Shown here piece after piece: positions 6,337-11,456 of a stretch of 11,456 bases of DNA. Numbering within the stretch: the first letter of the stretch is position 1; every line of letters begins with the position of its first letter. Source of the DNA: a virus (lineage: Duplodnaviria > Heunggongvirae > Uroviricota > Caudoviricetes); IMG/VR virus record IMGVR_UViG_2648501669_000018, positions 1-11,456 of that record, one strand, 5' to 3'. Both the position numbers and the translations under genes were made by a program. The notes beneath the pieces are model-generated. The model saw only the letters and a program-made list of their open reading frames with translations. It was not told the origin of the DNA and did not search any database.

Positions 6337-6936
6337 TCAGAATTTATAACCGACACCCATGATGAAACCGTCAGTGCGCCAGTCACCACTGCCGGAGCCT
6401 TCATAAGCAATATCAATGGCCACCGATTCGGTCGGGTTAAACTGCACGCCAGCTCCCCACGCCAGAGACGTGTTACTGTGGCGAGCGTCATCACTTCCGG
6501 TCAGCACATCGTGCGTTTTCCCCTTGTTGTCAGTTACGCGGAGATAATCCCCGGAGAAAGTCGACACACGGCTGTAAGCCACACCCGCCATCGCATACGC
6601 GCTGAACCATTCATTCACGCGTACAGACGGCCCCGCCATCACGCTGAACCAGCGGTTACGAACGGAGTCTTCATGCCAGCGGGTATCGCTGTAACGGGTC
6701 AGCTGGCGATTCTTGTCTCCTGCATAGCTGAATGACGTCACCAGCCCCAGTGTGTCCGTAAACTCATAACGGTATTTCACGTTAATCCCGTTAAGATCAT
6801 CGCTGCCGGGAACGTTCGTCGAGGCATGAAGATAGCCCGCGCTCAGCGTGGACTGATGTTCAGACGCCCATGCAGGCGCACCGGATACGGCCAGACAGAT
6901 GGCTGCGGACAAAATGGCGGCATAAAGTTTACGCAT
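6337..6936 (-). CDS. lom: Lom-family (Ail/Lom/PagC) outer membrane beta-barrel protein
   Basis: 199 aa with signal peptide MRKLYAAILSAAICLAVSGAPAWA. The core GINVKYRYE and the C-terminal AIDIAYEGSGSGDWRTDGFIMGVGYKF closely match lambda Lom as recalled. SD GAGAGG 6 nt upstream of the ATG. Position between J and stf is as in lambda. Confidence 0.9.
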   Translation of the reverse strand: MRKLYAAILSAAICLAVSGAPAWASEHQSTLSAGYLHASTNVPGSDDLNGINVKYRYEFTDTLGLVTSFSYAGDKNRQLTRYSDTRWHEDSVRNRWFSVMAGPSVRVNEWFSAYAMAGVAYSRVSTFSGDYLRVTDNKGKTHDVLTGSDDARHSNTSLAWGAGVQFNPTESVAIDIAYEGSGSGDWRTDGFIMGVGYKF

Positions 6937-6958
6937 AATTACCTCTCGCTTTTCTGCA

Positions 6959-6984
6959 ATAAAAAAGGCGTCATTTCTGACGCC
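6959..6984 (-). terminator. Rho-independent terminator between J and lom (minus strand)
   Basis: Minus strand: GGCGTCA-gaaa-TGACGCC followed by TTTTTTAT, located 19 nt after the J stop (7003-7005) and just upstream of the lom SD. Confidence 0.6.
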
Positions 6985-7002
6985 CGTTCTGGGTTATAAA
7001 AT

Positions 7003-10404
<3,402 letters not shown>

Positions 10405-10461
10405 TCACGCTCCATAAACGACAAAACCGCCCGCAGGCGGTTTCACATAAAACATTTTTCA

Positions 10462-11133
10462 TCAGCGACCAATCACCACAACCTGACCACCATCACCTTC
10501 ATCTGCCGTGCTGATCTCCTGAGAAACCACCCGCGACCCCACGCGCATTTCACCGTACAGAACAGGCAAAACATTGCCCTGGGCAACCATGTTATCCAGT
10601 GAGGAGAAATAGGTGTTCTGCTTACCGTTATCCGTTGTCTGTGTACGGGGAGTTCTGGCTTTCGGTGCCAGCATCTGCGCCACACCACCGAGCACCATAC
10701 TGGCACCGAGAGAAAACAGGATGCCGGTCATACCACCGGCCCCAATGGCTGCCCCCCATGCTGCAAGGGTGGCTCCGGCGGTAAAGAATGATCCGGCAAT
10801 GGCGGCAGCCCCCAGGACAATCTGGAATACGCCACCTGACTTGGCCCCGGCGACTCTGGGAACAATATGAATCACAGCGCCATCAGGCAGAGTCTCATGT
10901 AACTGCGCCGTTAACCCGGACGTGCTGACGTCCCGCCCGGCAATCCGTACCTGATACCAGCCGTCGCTCAGTTTCTGACGAAACGCCGGGAGCTGTGTGG
11001 CCAGTGCCCGGATGGCTTCAGCCCCCGTTTTCACACGAAGGTCGATGCGGCGACCAAATCGTTGTAAATCCCCGTAAAGGCAGATGCGCGCCATGCCCGG
11101 TGACGCCAGAGGGAGTGTGTGCGTCGCTGCCAT
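10462..11133 (-). CDS. I: Tail tip assembly protein I
   Basis: 223 aa starting MAATHTLPLASPGMARICLYGDLQRFGRR..., with a Gly/Ala-rich hydrophobic centre, matching lambda I in sequence and length. SD GAGAGG upstream. The 60-nt gap to J and ~103-nt overlap with K are as in lambda. Confidence 0.93.
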   Translation of the reverse strand: MAATHTLPLASPGMARICLYGDLQRFGRRIDLRVKTGAEAIRALATQLPAFRQKLSDGWYQVRIAGRDVSTSGLTAQLHETLPDGAVIHIVPRVAGAKSGGVFQIVLGAAAIAGSFFTAGATLAAWGAAIGAGGMTGILFSLGASMVLGGVAQMLAPKARTPRTQTTDNGKQNTYFSSLDNMVAQGNVLPVLYGEMRVGSRVVSQEISTADEGDGGQVVVIGR

Positions 11134-11456
11134 TTGTCTGTATACCTCTCTCGTTTGCTCAGTTGTTCAGGAATATGGTGCAGCAGCTCGCCATCACCAC
11201 AGTAAATGGCGGCATGATTCGGCACCGATGAACCAAAACAGCACAGCAGCACATCGCCCGGTTGTGCTGATGACAACGGCACCTGATACAGCCCTGTGGC
11301 CTCCAGATTATCCAGATAGAGATTCTGGCCGTTACGCCACCAGTCATCCTCACGATGAAAGTCCGGCATCTCAATCCCCGCCAGATGATAAGCATCCCGG
11401 AACAGTGTGTAACAGTCCGTCACACCGTGCTCAAAGCGCCGCCCGGTGAGATGCGG
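11031..11456 (-). CDS. K: Tail assembly protein K, 5'-truncated by the window edge (NlpC/P60-like C-terminal part)
   Basis: The reading frame stays open to the window end (...PHLTGRRFEHG-VTDCYTLFRDAYHLAGIEMPDF...). The track's start at 11423 is an internal GTG, not the true start. Contains a Cys...His motif typical of NlpC/P60-type tail assembly proteins. Overlaps I as in lambda. Confidence 0.85.
   Translation of the reverse strand, partial: PHLTGRRFEHGVTDCYTLFRDAYHLAGIEMPDFHREDDWWRNGQNLYLDNLEATGLYQVPLSSAQPGDVLLCCFGSSVPNHAAIYCGDGELLHHIPEQLSKRERYTDKWQRRTHSLWRHRAWRASAFTGIYNDLVAASTFV

Noticed and set aside
5213-6349. Multiple overlapping ORFs (220 aa minus-strand; 155, 136, 100, 67, 65 and 64 aa plus-strand)
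   Set aside because: All fall inside stf, mostly in its Ala/Ser/Thr repeat region. They are alternative-frame or antisense artefacts of the repetitive composition.
11031-11133. About 103-nt overlap between K and I
   Set aside because: This overlap is the normal arrangement in lambda as I recall it, so it is not an anomaly.
10473-11449. Short ORFs overlapping I and K on both strands (77, 61, 85, 78, 121, 78 aa)
   Set aside because: Alternative frames of the well-supported I and K genes.

Overview
This window is the distal end of a lambda-like prophage tail region followed by an AT-rich cargo ('moron') segment. On the minus strand, in lambda gene order, I can read a 5'-truncated tail assembly gene K, then I, the host-specificity gene J (1132 aa), a Lom-family outer-membrane protein and a 1101-aa side tail fibre (Stf-like). 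The fibre ends in a self-cleaving intramolecular-chaperone domain. Downstream of it are two 60-codon relics of the tail-fibre-assembly gene tfa, which flank two plus-strand cargo genes: a putative SAM-dependent methyltransferase and a very AT-rich membrane-anchored GGDEF diguanylate cyclase. The most interesting feature is this prophage-borne c-di-GMP synthase with its own promoter-like signals and an N-terminal membrane domain I cannot assign. It may correspond to the prophage-associated cyclase dgcX described in enteroaggregative/O104:H4 E. coli, but that is recalled from context, not verified. All lambda comparisons are from memory of the lambda proteins; no database search was run. Coordinates for non-CDS features were hand-counted and could be off by a base or two.
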